A stretch of DNA of 64,000 bases from positions 152,644,001-152,708,000 of the forward strand of contig OZ320313.1 of the NCBI GenBank assembly GCA_976226885.1, in the 5' to 3' direction. This stretch comes from Iphione sp. A-MEVVRFRX5 (Eukaryota). The notes beneath the pieces are model-generated. The model was not told where the DNA came from. It did not search any database and was given only the letters and a program-made list of their open reading frames with translations. Shown piece after piece: positions 39,601 through 50,640 of the stretch. Numbering within the stretch: position 1 is the stretch's first letter; the number at the start of each line of letters is the position of its first letter. The translations under genes and the position numbers were made by a program.

Positions 39601-39799
39601 ATATATAATAAATACATACATTAACTTTTAATTGCACATGTAAAGATAACTTCCTATAGGTATGACAATGAAGTATTTTTTTAATTGTCATAGAAGTGTT
39701 TTTTTATGTATTCAGTATGCCATGATGGAATGCAGAAAAATCTATGCCAGGTCCCATTTCCCTAAGGACGATTTCAGTAGTGATTAAGACATAGACAAG

Positions 39800-40200
39800 G
39801 AGGATCTCTTATAGTAAACTCTCTGATCAAGTCATCGGACATAGTGTGACTGAAGATGACAGGGAAGCTACTAGTGACGAAGACGCTGTATTACCACTTG
39901 TAGAGAGAAAACAGAGGATCAATGAAAATCATGGAGATGGACATGTAAGGGATGACAATGAAAGTACCAGTGATACCACTGAAGAAAAATACTTAGGGAT
40001 TAAGTGCTAAAGAGGGCATTGTTTAACTTGAAATGCCATTTTTTGAGGAGACTGGTATACAACCATGTGATAAGATTTCATCTCCATCAAAATCAATTGA
40101 TTTCCTTCATCCCAATCAGCCTTCTTTGAGAAAGTACTACTAGTCCACGTGGATAATCCAGTCATACCAATATAGGGGAAAGATTATGAAGAGAGCTCCT
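39800..40200 (+). mobile_element. Possible decayed piggyBac transposase N-terminal remnant
   Basis: A 65-codon acidic S/D/E-rich open stretch followed, after a frameshift, by EMPFFEETGIQPCDKISSPSKSIDF, resembling the P-F-x-G-x-PG...SP-x-DFF region of PGBD transposases; similarity by eye only. Confidence 0.3.
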
Positions 40201-41392
40201 TTTTGCCCGATGTAATGGTAAATTTATCAAATGATAATAATAATCCCAAATTATTTCTTCTGTCATTTCCCTCTATATGTTTGTCAGTGCGAATATGAAA
40301 TAAATTCATTTCAAGTGAACTGTAATTTCAAGTCAATTTTTCAGCATTTTTGAAGGTATCTCACAACATATAAAAGAACTCAAACTCCCGGATCATACAT
40401 CACCTGATAATTTTTGTGACTTTTAGCACAAAAGAAAATATTATACAGTTATAATGGTCTAAGGTTTCGGTCAGATAAACTCATAGTTAATAATGCCCTT
40501 TTTATGTAACATGCATTGAAATAGCATCATTATCAAATATACCTTGGCCTTTAGAGGATATTTTGCCAGATACACTTGCCCTATGGTGATGTAATCGGAT
40601 CCCTCCTGCAGCCCTTAATGGAATAAAATAGCATATTTGTCTACAATTTCTGTAGATCTCCTCCAAACCATTCTCAACCACCGTAAAGTTCAATCGAGCT
40701 ACATTTCAAAACCAGAAATCGTCCCGCACCACTGGAGATTTCTACACATATGTGGTTTGGCAGCGTCAAACAAAAATTGCGTCTGCGGTGGGTATGCTTC
40801 AAGAGGCGAATGCACTCCCTTGCATCTATTTCGACAACGACCTAATTAGAAGAAGAAATAAAATGTGCACAATGACACTTCCCATTCCTCAACTACTACC
40901 AACAAGAGGGAACGTTCTCCCTGAACATAAAATAATATTCAAACCAATGTACGTTTAAGTGGCAATTGCCTGTGGAAATTGAAGTGGCTGCTGGGTGGTA
41001 GGTTAAAAGTCCAATCTATAGGTAGACTTGAAGCATCTAACTGTGGCGCTGGCACAGGAGGCTTTTAGTGGGGGAATGGTAAGTGGTAATACTGGTATCA
41101 AGGGATGTATACGATCCGCAACGGTACAGCGCACCGCTACAAAATGGGCGTGGGAGGGTGAGGGAGAGGGAAGGGAGGGAGGTGGCTGATGCTTCAGCTA
41201 AACTGCTCACCCAAAACACAGACACAGACATACATACCTCGCCTGTGTGCACATTCGTGCATAGACACACTTAGATACTGAATTACACAGGCACACACAT
41301 AAATATGCATATCCATCAATGTACCAAAGACTAAAATAGAAATACAGTTATTTGATTAGTTATAGAACTAATTAGTTGATTAGTTATAGGAC

Positions 41393-41434
41393 TAAATTTG
41401 CGTGTTCACACACGTGTGTGAACACGCAAATTTA
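41393..41434. repeat. Perfect 42-bp spacer-less palindrome
   Basis: TAAATTTGCGTGTTCACACAC|GTGTGTGAACACGCAAATTTA. Confidence 0.98.
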
Positions 41435-42086
41435 ATTACATGTTATATATATATATACACGTAGCAGTTACATGCTGATATACGTACAGGAACTCCAACA
41501 CAGTGACATGAGGGCAGTCTCTCTCACAGATGAGCAGTTCCCATCGACTCAATGTCTTTCAGCGTCTACTAGAAATGTGTGTGTGCGTGTGTGTGTCTGC
41601 CTCGTGTGAATGTGTGTTTCTGTGTAGGTACATATCCGTTTCTACCACGGCCGGCGTTGCAATTCTTTGCCGTTATCGAGGCCGGAGGGGCATTGAGTAC
41701 ACTGAGCATACCCACTGCATACGCTCAGCACACCGATCAGTATAGTCAGAGGGAATACAGAAAAAACAGCATCGCCACCATGGAGACACTGGTGGCACTC
41801 GACAACACTGACTGAACTCTTTACCCCCTTTCACTGGGCGCACAGCATTAATCGCGCCTCTTTGCAGATGTGTGAAACACAGGTGGAAACCTATCATGCA
41901 GCCAGACTGGAAGGCTCTGTGATCTGCCTTATCGAATGAAAGAACTGAAAAGGTCAATGAGAATTAGAGGTTGTGCGATAGGCAACCGGGGAGAAAGCGT
42001 AGATGAAGGCGGAAGAGTGAGAGCAGAATAGTAGAAGGGAAGGGTGACGGAGCAGGCTAAGAGCCAGTTGAGGAACGCAACAGAGA

Positions 42087-42089
<3 letters not shown>

Positions 42090-42140
<51 letters not shown>
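42090..42140. repeat. (GA)n microsatellite
   Basis: Seen directly. Confidence 0.99.
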
Positions 42141-42144
<4 letters not shown>

Positions 42145-44065
42145 AGAATGTTGAAAAGAAGACTAAACAGAGTTAAATAGGATGAAGGGAAATAATAGGA
42201 AACAAGGACGGAGAAAAAGGGAGCAATAAATGACACCATACTAAAAGAATTACAGATGGGGTGAGTAGAACATGGATATGTATTGTTGGGTGGAGAAGTT
42301 ACCCCACACAAAGTTTGGTTCTGCTATGCTGTTTACTCTGACATCTTGTGATTTTGTGTATACATAAGGGGACATAGGGAGTATCTTCTTAGTTCATGTC
42401 GGTCTGTTGAATAAACCACATCTCTTCATATCCAGATGCTTTATTAATTCATTATGCTAAGATCAGGTCGTAACAATATTAAAATGTAATGGCAAGGATA
42501 CATAAATGTAGGGACACATCTAGAATAGGGACATGCTTCAAACAGGGACACCTTCAGAGGAATGCATTTATTCCTATATATATACATACATACATCTGAC
42601 CAATGTTAGCTATACTAAACGTGAAAGTTGGGGACAGCTTGGAAATGTAGCAACATTGTCCTGGACAGAGTCATCCCAGATTTACTAAGTTGTAGAAAAA
42701 AACAACTTAGATGAGGGAGAGAGGGAAAGAGAGAGACAGGGACGGGGAGACGCACCACACTCGTCAAGTATCATACATACAGCTAGTTGATTTCGATTTG
42801 CTATGAGAACCACTTGCCAGAACGAATTAAGCAGTGCCTACCCGCTCCAATTAAAATCTGCCACATAGGACGCCAGTTCGCGTCGTCTTATCTGACACTC
42901 ACGCAAGAGCAGCTCCTGACCGAGAACTTGCCCGACATTTGCTCGAGAACGCGGCCATTCAATTCAGTATAGCTGGGTATTTCTGATCAACAACTGGAGA
43001 GGTAATTCGTCAGAGTTCTCTGAATGACTCTAACCTTCAATCCGAATCAGAGTCGGAACGTGTCGGGATAGCCTTGATATTGCTGTCCTGATTGGAGAAA
43101 TGTGCATGCGTCTACCACCAGGAGGTCAGAGGACAGTGCACTGATTCCTGTTGGAACAGATCACTGTCACCAGGGAGTCAAAGGTTGGTGAACTGACCAA
43201 ACCCTCTGTTATCTCGAGGTCATTTAGACGGAAATGACACAAAGACACGAATTTCTTCGTAAGCACCAGCCTGTCACAGAAACATGACTGATGTGTGGGG
43301 AAGAGAACGACTGTTCAGACATGTGAAGCACTGCTTGGGACTGTGCTTTTACGTTGAACCCTATGTCGTGGGGCTACTCAAGAAGAGCACAATTTCTCGG
43401 CACCTGATTATGCTGAAGGCGACTTGAAGGCACAGGGGTCCTTACTTAAAGTCTTAGTCAAACGGAGAGAAAATAATAATGTAGATCAAATTGTACGTTC
43501 TCCGCCTTGCATGAGATAACCTGTTTAGGTCCCATATGAGCTTCTGTGAACAGCAACCATCGAACCCATCAGGTCATTAATTTGATGTAAATCAAACGTT
43601 AATGTTACCCCGTTGAAACCAGTCGTATTTCCAAATCGCATGTATATCGCAAGTACTTGTGTGATGGTTTGAACAACGTCTGAAATATTTTACTCCGTAA
43701 GTTACATCTAGAAATGCATGTTCTTGGAAGGTGAGCATGTGATCCACGCCTGCTATGCGACCATGCAAATAGGGGGAATACCGTGGTATGGACAGGCCAA
43801 AATTGGATTATTCAAGGGAGTTCGGAACGGTGGACAGACGGATGGGGATCATCTTGTCTAAACCTACATTTGCTATTCCATTCCTCCCTCTACCTTTGTC
43901 CATTCTTTCCTTGAGCTATCTACTCTTCTCTTTCCCTTAGTCGGTTTGGGCCAGTCATCAGCCGGTTTGGCCCTATTTGAGATCATCCTTTTTCTTATTC
44001 ATGGCCAGCAAGGAGGCGAGTTGTAAAGGAAAACATTCATAATGAGTATTTGTCGTTTTACTTAC

Positions 44066-44376
44066 TCAAAGGTCTCAAACTCAACGAGCCGCAGGTTGGG
44101 CTCACTGGGGTTGATGCAAGTTGGCCAGAAGTCCTGGTAGAGCATGCGGGTGCCCTTGGGAGACCGATGACCACTGGCACCAGATGGCGAGCGAGACAGC
44201 GAGGCACGCATGAAGGAGGGAGAGCGGGATGGTGGATGCGACCCGGTGGGGCTGAGTGAGATGTGCCCTGGTTCGATGGCTGTGTATTTGGCATCGCTAG
44301 CCATCTTCTGTCGAAGGGTGCGCCTTCGCAGGGTCGACGCCACGATCCCTGCTGCCATCGCTTGCCGCATGTGGTC
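44066..44376 (-). CDS. Internal or first-coding exon of an unidentified gene (DHMRQAMAAGIVASTLRRRTLRQKMASDAKYTAIEPG...LYQDFWPTCINPSEPNLRLVEFETF-E/D)
   Basis: Open frame of 103 codons plus 2 nt, GC-rich against its flanks. It ends at a consensus donor (ttt ga|GTAAGT, intron starts 44065) and is preceded by a long pyrimidine tract with two AG acceptors (44401, 44377). Good-context ATGs at 44358 (gcgATGG) and 44304 (aagATGG). No domain recognised. Confidence 0.75.
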
Positions 44377-44517
44377 CTAGTACGGACAGAACGAACACAA
44401 CTGGAAGGAAGACAGAAAGAAAAGAAACATTATTTGCCAGTGACAATGGCAGGGAGTACAACGGCATCCATCATGTCTATGGTATTGACAAAACGAACAT
44501 AACTACCGGAGCCAGAA

Positions 44518-44592
<75 letters not shown>
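44518..44592. repeat. Compound (GA)n-(GACA)n microsatellite just upstream of the 44376 acceptor
   Basis: Seen directly. Confidence 0.98.
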
Positions 44593-45997
44593 TAGGCAGA
44601 CGGCTAGATAGAGTGAGAAAAAGAGAGAGAAGGAGAGCGATGTGAGCACGTAAAATGAGAGGGGGACTGCTAGAGAACAGAGAGACAGACAAACAGATAG
44701 ACAGAACAGAAAAGTGAGCAATAATGGCCCTCCAAAAATGCTTTTCTATGGCATTATTTTCCTCTAGTACAACTGCAAGGGAAACAGAAAAGGGGGAGAA
44801 GTAGAACTGATAAGTGGTGATTTTGGTATGTGAAGCAAATTTTAGCATTACAATGGCCGCATCTAGTCCTACTACGAACAGGAACGAATCAACTGGAAGT
44901 AAGAGAGGAATGCGACATCCCAATTATTGTTAAAGTTAAAATCATAAACGTTTAAGATTTAGGACAGTATATGTTTCCATAAATTGACTGAGCGAGCAGA
45001 AATGTTAGGGAAAGAAGGAAAATCTCGTAGTAATCGACAATGGGTACTAATTAGCATATGAATTATTATTAGTATTAAGTGGGACACATGGTATGTTTGG
45101 TATATGATGGAGCGTGAAGTGCCACCATCTGTTTATGTTGCTGTGTAGGTTTGTACATCGACTTGTGTTATCTATGAATTCTGGGGTATGTATGGTTTTA
45201 TCTTGTTGTAAGAGTCAAATTATCATTTTGCATTCTTTGGAATATTAATTGGCGTGGCTTGCATTATGGCTCAATTCTGTGTAAGAACAGAGTAACAGAG
45301 ACAGAAAGAGAGAAAAAGTCACAGAAAAACAGGAAGACATTCTGAGTGGGCAGCAGAGGCAATAATTACAGATAGTGTCCTTTGATTTCAGAAGAAACAA
45401 CTGGCACAAACAAATGGGACAACGAGAGAGTGAAAACAGAGAACCTTTTAGGCAGAGAAATTGAGATATTTATCGATGGCAACAGTTAGAAAGAAATCAA
45501 ATGATACATATACATCACAGAAACCACGAAAAATAACGTGAAAATCGGTAACCATAAATAAAGAAGAAAGAACTAGACGTCTACAGGTCTAATGTCGGAA
45601 TACTTTACATTGCAGTGCTGACAAAGATTTCCGATCGCTACAAGATTTTAAAATATAGAGCTTATACTGCTCTGTGACCAAAGTGTCACACACAACATGT
45701 ACTCCGGGATAATTCAATGGTTTCATCTCTATATATTTTTATCTATACATACATGCATATACTCTAAAATAACTTAAGGCATAACGGACGTTATACATTT
45801 ATAGGTACACGTAAATCCATACACTCCTAGATAAATCACTGCAAAGATGCTTTTTTCAAATACATTTGCAAGTACATATATTTGTACATTTGTACATGTA
45901 CTCAGATAACAAATGCATAACCAACAGCAAACAGTGTGCACATAAATGTGGACTCTCCTTGATAAATGAAAGTACAATTAATTCTGTGGATTCAGTC

Positions 45998-46000
<3 letters not shown>

Positions 46001-46029
<29 letters not shown>
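46001..46029. repeat. (TA)n microsatellite (a second one at 46224-46243)
   Basis: Seen directly. Confidence 0.98.
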
Positions 46030-46031
<2 letters not shown>

Positions 46032-49000
46032 TTATAGATAGGATATCTATGAGACTGTATGATCTGTTGACTCCTCTAGCTACGAGGTCACCTGGTTACC
46101 AGTTCAATGGAACTATGACGTCGTCACAGTCACTCAAGTCGATTTACAATTTTGTAATAAAGGTTTGTGTTCATCATTGTCCCCACTACCATATTACGTT
46201 GTCATTCACGAGCATACACACACATATATATATATATATATATGGATCCACCAAAAGATATTAGTGAACTCCAGTAACAGAACCGTTGTCGTGGAATTTT
46301 GTTCGCTAAGGAGCGATTTAAGATGAGCCAGGTAATTGTGAATTAGTCAGTTTTTGTCTCACAGGACTATATTTCATACCAAGGGAAGTTGCTTAATAAT
46401 TGATTGATAAGGGCTGACTCCTAATTAATTCATGTTTAAAACGTATGTATATATATATATTCCTTCATGTGAGACCGACATCTCGTACAACGTGAGTTGA
46501 ATCAGAGACAATGAAATCGCTTCACTACCCAGTGGGCGTCACCTGTTCCGATCGACCTTGTTGTAGAACTCTCCTTATAACCCTCAGGTGCTAAGTGGCC
46601 ACGAATTTCAGCATGGCCAACTGGAACCATTTATGTGGTTAACATCGATGTAAAACACTTAAACAGAAAACTTTCAAGCTGGTGAAATGAAGATAAATTC
46701 ATTCAGTTAGAAGGTAATTATCAAGAGCAACAAGATAAACCAAAGCCTTGTGTTACTTCTGGCACAAATCAAACCCTATGTTTGGGGAAAGGATTAGGTG
46801 AAGCAATGGCGCGACTTTAACCTGTTTGAAAGGTGACTATCTTAGCAAATTGCTTTCCAAATTAGATAAACGTTCTCGGAAAATAGGTTTACCGCCCGGC
46901 TGAAATGTATTATGATTTGGGTAAAATTAATCGCCCATCACTGAAAAAGTTTGCCCAGTGGTCAGTATATGTTTCATTCTAAATTCGGTTTTAGAAATAG
47001 GGATAGATCATAATCCAGGTGAGATAACAATTCAAAGACTAAGTAACTGTCCTCGACAGACCTCTCAAAAATTGTCAAAAATGATTCTTATGTGGTCTTA
47101 TGTTCAAACACATCATTAGTCGTTAAGAAGTATAGGAATTGACACATTGCTGCATGACAGGCCAACATGTTTTATGGTCACAATATCTGTCAATCAAAGT
47201 GTTCCATAGCCAATGACTTTATGCCATTTTGTCATGTGACTTATGTAACCAATCCGTGCAGATGACATTCAAGTGACACTGTTACTCATGCATGACCATA
47301 TTATATTTATGACTGTCACGTGTCATTATGTGGTTATGTTAATGTATAAACATTGTATCCATTAAGAACATGCTGAGGCATCTATATTTATTTTCAATGT
47401 ATATGAGAAAGTGCAGTACAGTGATAGAACAACTAAAAACCTTTTTTTTTTTTAAATTTTGAACATTGTATGTGATTGTAATAAAAGTATGACTGTGGCA
47501 GTGTGATGGGTGGGCGTGGCTATGTGACAGTATGGCAATTTGTCTATTGTCAGTACAGCTAACTGTGCACAAATCCCCAATCAGATCTTTGTAAAAAGTA
47601 AGGGACAAGTGGTGTTTGTAGCAAGTTTGGCGGTATCTTTGGTCCTCTCAACAGAGACACTTTCAGTCCATTTAAATTAAAGGGGGTTTGACAACAACCA
47701 TATTATAGAAGTTTATATTGAGGGTAAAGAGTTAGCTTGGATTGTCCACATACTGGCTTTATCCACTGATCTACAGGTTTTGGGCCATATAGGCTCAAGC
47801 CTGGGCTTTGGACTCTTCATTATGACCTGACTTACACTAGCTAAAACCCAAAGACCATAATCAGTGATAATGGCCATAGGTATATAGGATCCTTTCCTAA
47901 ACGACCAAAATCAAAAATTCTATTTAAAATAACAGAAGGGAGTAGTCCTTCGTACTCTAGTTTCTCAATTCTGAATAAAAGATGATAGTTAACTGCCACA
48001 GTCCAGAAGAACAACTATTTCCCATTCTCGGCTAAAGATGTGAAAAAGCTTGATCATATTGCCGAGGTTCAGAACAACGAATAACCTCATCTGGCAAGTT
48101 TCTACACTCAGTCCTGGTTCCCTTTTTCTTTGATGTGGTTTTATAGAGGCTACTGTTAATTTTTCTCGTATGGTGGTACAGTGCTCTTCCGGCTTGAGTG
48201 GAGACAATCCCGCATGAGAAACCTGAGGGGAACGAAATAAGGGATATGTATACACTGGAGGCTAAAAATGATTTTTGATCATCTTGCTCATTTATTTGGA
48301 TATAGTGAAGTAAACCATTAGGTGCAATTTGCATGGTCCAAGTTACAAATGCAGAGTGCATGAGGTTTCGCAGGATAATAAACAAAGGAAATTATACGAA
48401 GGCCTCCCGTTTTCTGATAACTGTAAGTAGTACATGATAAATGGTATTTGAAGCAGGGTCCCGTGTCGTATTTTAAGGAACGACATGACTTAAACAGATC
48501 GGCCGCGTTGTCATAATGTGCTATGTGGTGTGAACGTAGACTCCTTAGTGTAAAGGAATTAGAAATATGAAGGGTGGAATGAAGAGCTCGTCTTTTTTAG
48601 GGGTATGGGTTGTTTGATATTGTATTGACTGTAGATGTATTCTTTCTTCCATCTAGCACATTGACCTGGATGCCAAGTTGCTCGAATGAAAAAGAAAGTA
48701 ATGATGCTACTACTTAATTTACATGCGTGACACTCAGGAAAGAGGAAGTCACTAAAGCATTTCAGAGATACTTAAGAGAGAGATCGGCCTCTCGGCAGCC
48801 CCTTACATCAACAGGCAGTGTATAACCTATAACCACTCAAATATGGTATGATAGCTTTTTTGTACAGTACAGGCATCAGTGATGCCCGTACATACTACGG
48901 CATTCTCGATGTTTCATATGTGCTTGATGTTCGTTTTTTCATCTTGTAACAATTGCACGGCACATTCCGATTAACCCTCTGAATCCAGAGCAAATCGGCG

Positions 49001-49104
49001 AGAATGGGCAATAGTGACGACGATGGCGATGCCGGTGTGTAATGTAATCCCATGGCTGACTTCCTTCCAGTGCGTTGTTACACAATAAAAAAACCAGAAT
49101 CCCT

Positions 49105-49280
49105 TCCCCCCCCCTTTACCCTCCTCCTTGTTGTGGTCCTCCTCCTACGCCTCCTCCTCTGCGCCATCCTCCTCCTCCTCCCCCTCCTTCTCTCCCTTCT
49201 CCTCCCACCTACTCCACATCCTTCTGTTCCTTCCCTTCCCTTTTCTCCCCCTCTCTGCTTTGCAGCTTCCTTCCCCACTC
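49105..49280. repeat. (CCT)n-rich low-complexity tract
   Basis: Seen directly. Confidence 0.9.
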
Positions 49281-49594
49281 CTGCAATTCTGCAAGCCTTG
49301 TGTAAATGATATATAATCTCCCAAAGAGAGCATCATTGATTCTTTATTCAAATGCGCCAGTGACAAAAAAAATGATAGAAACAAGGACTTGGAAGCTAGG
49401 TATAGAGTATACGTGATATTATACGAGGAGGGAGGCCGAATGTTTGCGTCTGCGCACTCGATGCTTTTGCATGTAGAGATGGATGGCCTGTGCGAACGTG
49501 ACTGTAAGTCGACGCGTGTTTCTCTGGGGCACCGAAGTAAATTCTGCTGACGCAGCAGATTGCAGTCGCCTAGAGCAACCCAACAAACCCTTAC

Positions 49595-49657
49595 TTGCAG
49601 CCCCCCTGTCACATGTGTTTCTCGCGTGAGGGCGCTGCCGTCTTCAGTCCCATACAT
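49595..49657 (-). CDS. Candidate alternative first coding exon (MYGTEDGSALTRETHVTGGLQ), phase 0
   Basis: ATG with an in-frame TGA 5 codons upstream, 21 codons, then CAA|GTAAGG. Sits in a CpG-rich island; phase matches the 44376 acceptor. Confidence 0.4.
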
Positions 49658-49995
49658 CGCTGACCTATATCACTGTAGCCCATGCGAGAGGAGACGTATC
49701 ACTAGCGTGGGTAGTGTGGGAGGGTAGGGGGAAGACGTGGGGAAGGAGCAAGCTTTGGTAGTGGTGGGATGGGGTAGAAACAGGAGGGGACAGGCGGAAA
49801 CTGAGGTCAGACAGGGTGGGCGGGTGGACGGGTGAAGGAGAGAGCGGCTAGCATAGCGATGGTACCCCGAGTCTTGCTTTAAGGCCGATAAATATGCAGA
49901 CCTATCGAGGCGTGCATCTTTGGACCCAGGCGGCTCTTAATATTAACATTCCTTGTGGGCACGCCATCCCGGAAGCAAGTGCGGTGCAGGGCCAA

Positions 49996-50052
49996 CAGCA
50001 GCAGCAGCAGCAGCGGCGACGGCGGCGGCGGCGGCGGTGGTGGTGGCAGCAG
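49996..50052. repeat. Compound (CAG)n(CGG)n(TGG)n trinucleotide repeat
   Basis: Seen directly. Confidence 0.95.
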
Positions 50053-50179
50053 AGTCTGAGCCGGAGGGAGTAGAGGCGGGGGAGGGCTGAATGAACTGTC
50101 CTGTATCTACTACACAGACAGTCCGTTTTATGAATGGCACGAGGAAGGAAACTGGTCACTGTAGATATACGCTGCACAT

Positions 50180-50640
50180 CGTGGGAGAGAAAAGGAGGAG
50201 ATAGACAGAGAGAGATAGACAGATAGACAGACAGACGGACAGATAACTTAAGATAGGCAAATATCAATTTAAGAGGGAGGGAGACACATAAAGAGGAAAA
50301 CGGAGGAAAACAGACGCTGGAATAAGAAAAAAGAAAGGGATAGTAGACCCGAGTATAGAGCACGAGAGGCAGAAACTGAAAGAAAAACGGACATGGAAAG
50401 AAAATGATGGTGAGAGAGCGAGACAGAGAGAAAGAGGACGGGAGAAGAGGTGAGGGGAGAAGGGGGGGAAAGAAGGGGGTAAAGAAAGGGGCAAAGGGAG
50501 ATGGGGGACAAAGGAATGGACGATAGAGAACCCAGCAGAGGAGAGCAACAAGCGCAAGAATAAGATAAACCCAACGGCCACGTAGACACGAATAAAGTAC
50601 ATAAAACACAAGGTGAAGGAAACATCTTCGAGGAAGAAAA
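50180..50640. repeat. Degenerate GA-rich tract
   Basis: Strongly purine-biased + strand; produces spurious F/S/L/P-rich ORFs on the minus strand. Confidence 0.9.

Larger units (their letters stand above)
49560..50130 (-). promoter_or_regulatory. CpG-rich island / candidate alternative promoter and 5' UTR
   Basis: Inr-like TCATTC on the minus strand (50089-50094), trinucleotide run, GC box, candidate exon at 49595-49657, GA-rich tract upstream. Confidence 0.45.

Noticed and set aside
41774-41815. Perfect Kozak GCCACCATGG on the + strand
   Set aside because: ORF is 11 codons (METLVALDNTD) with no strong donor.
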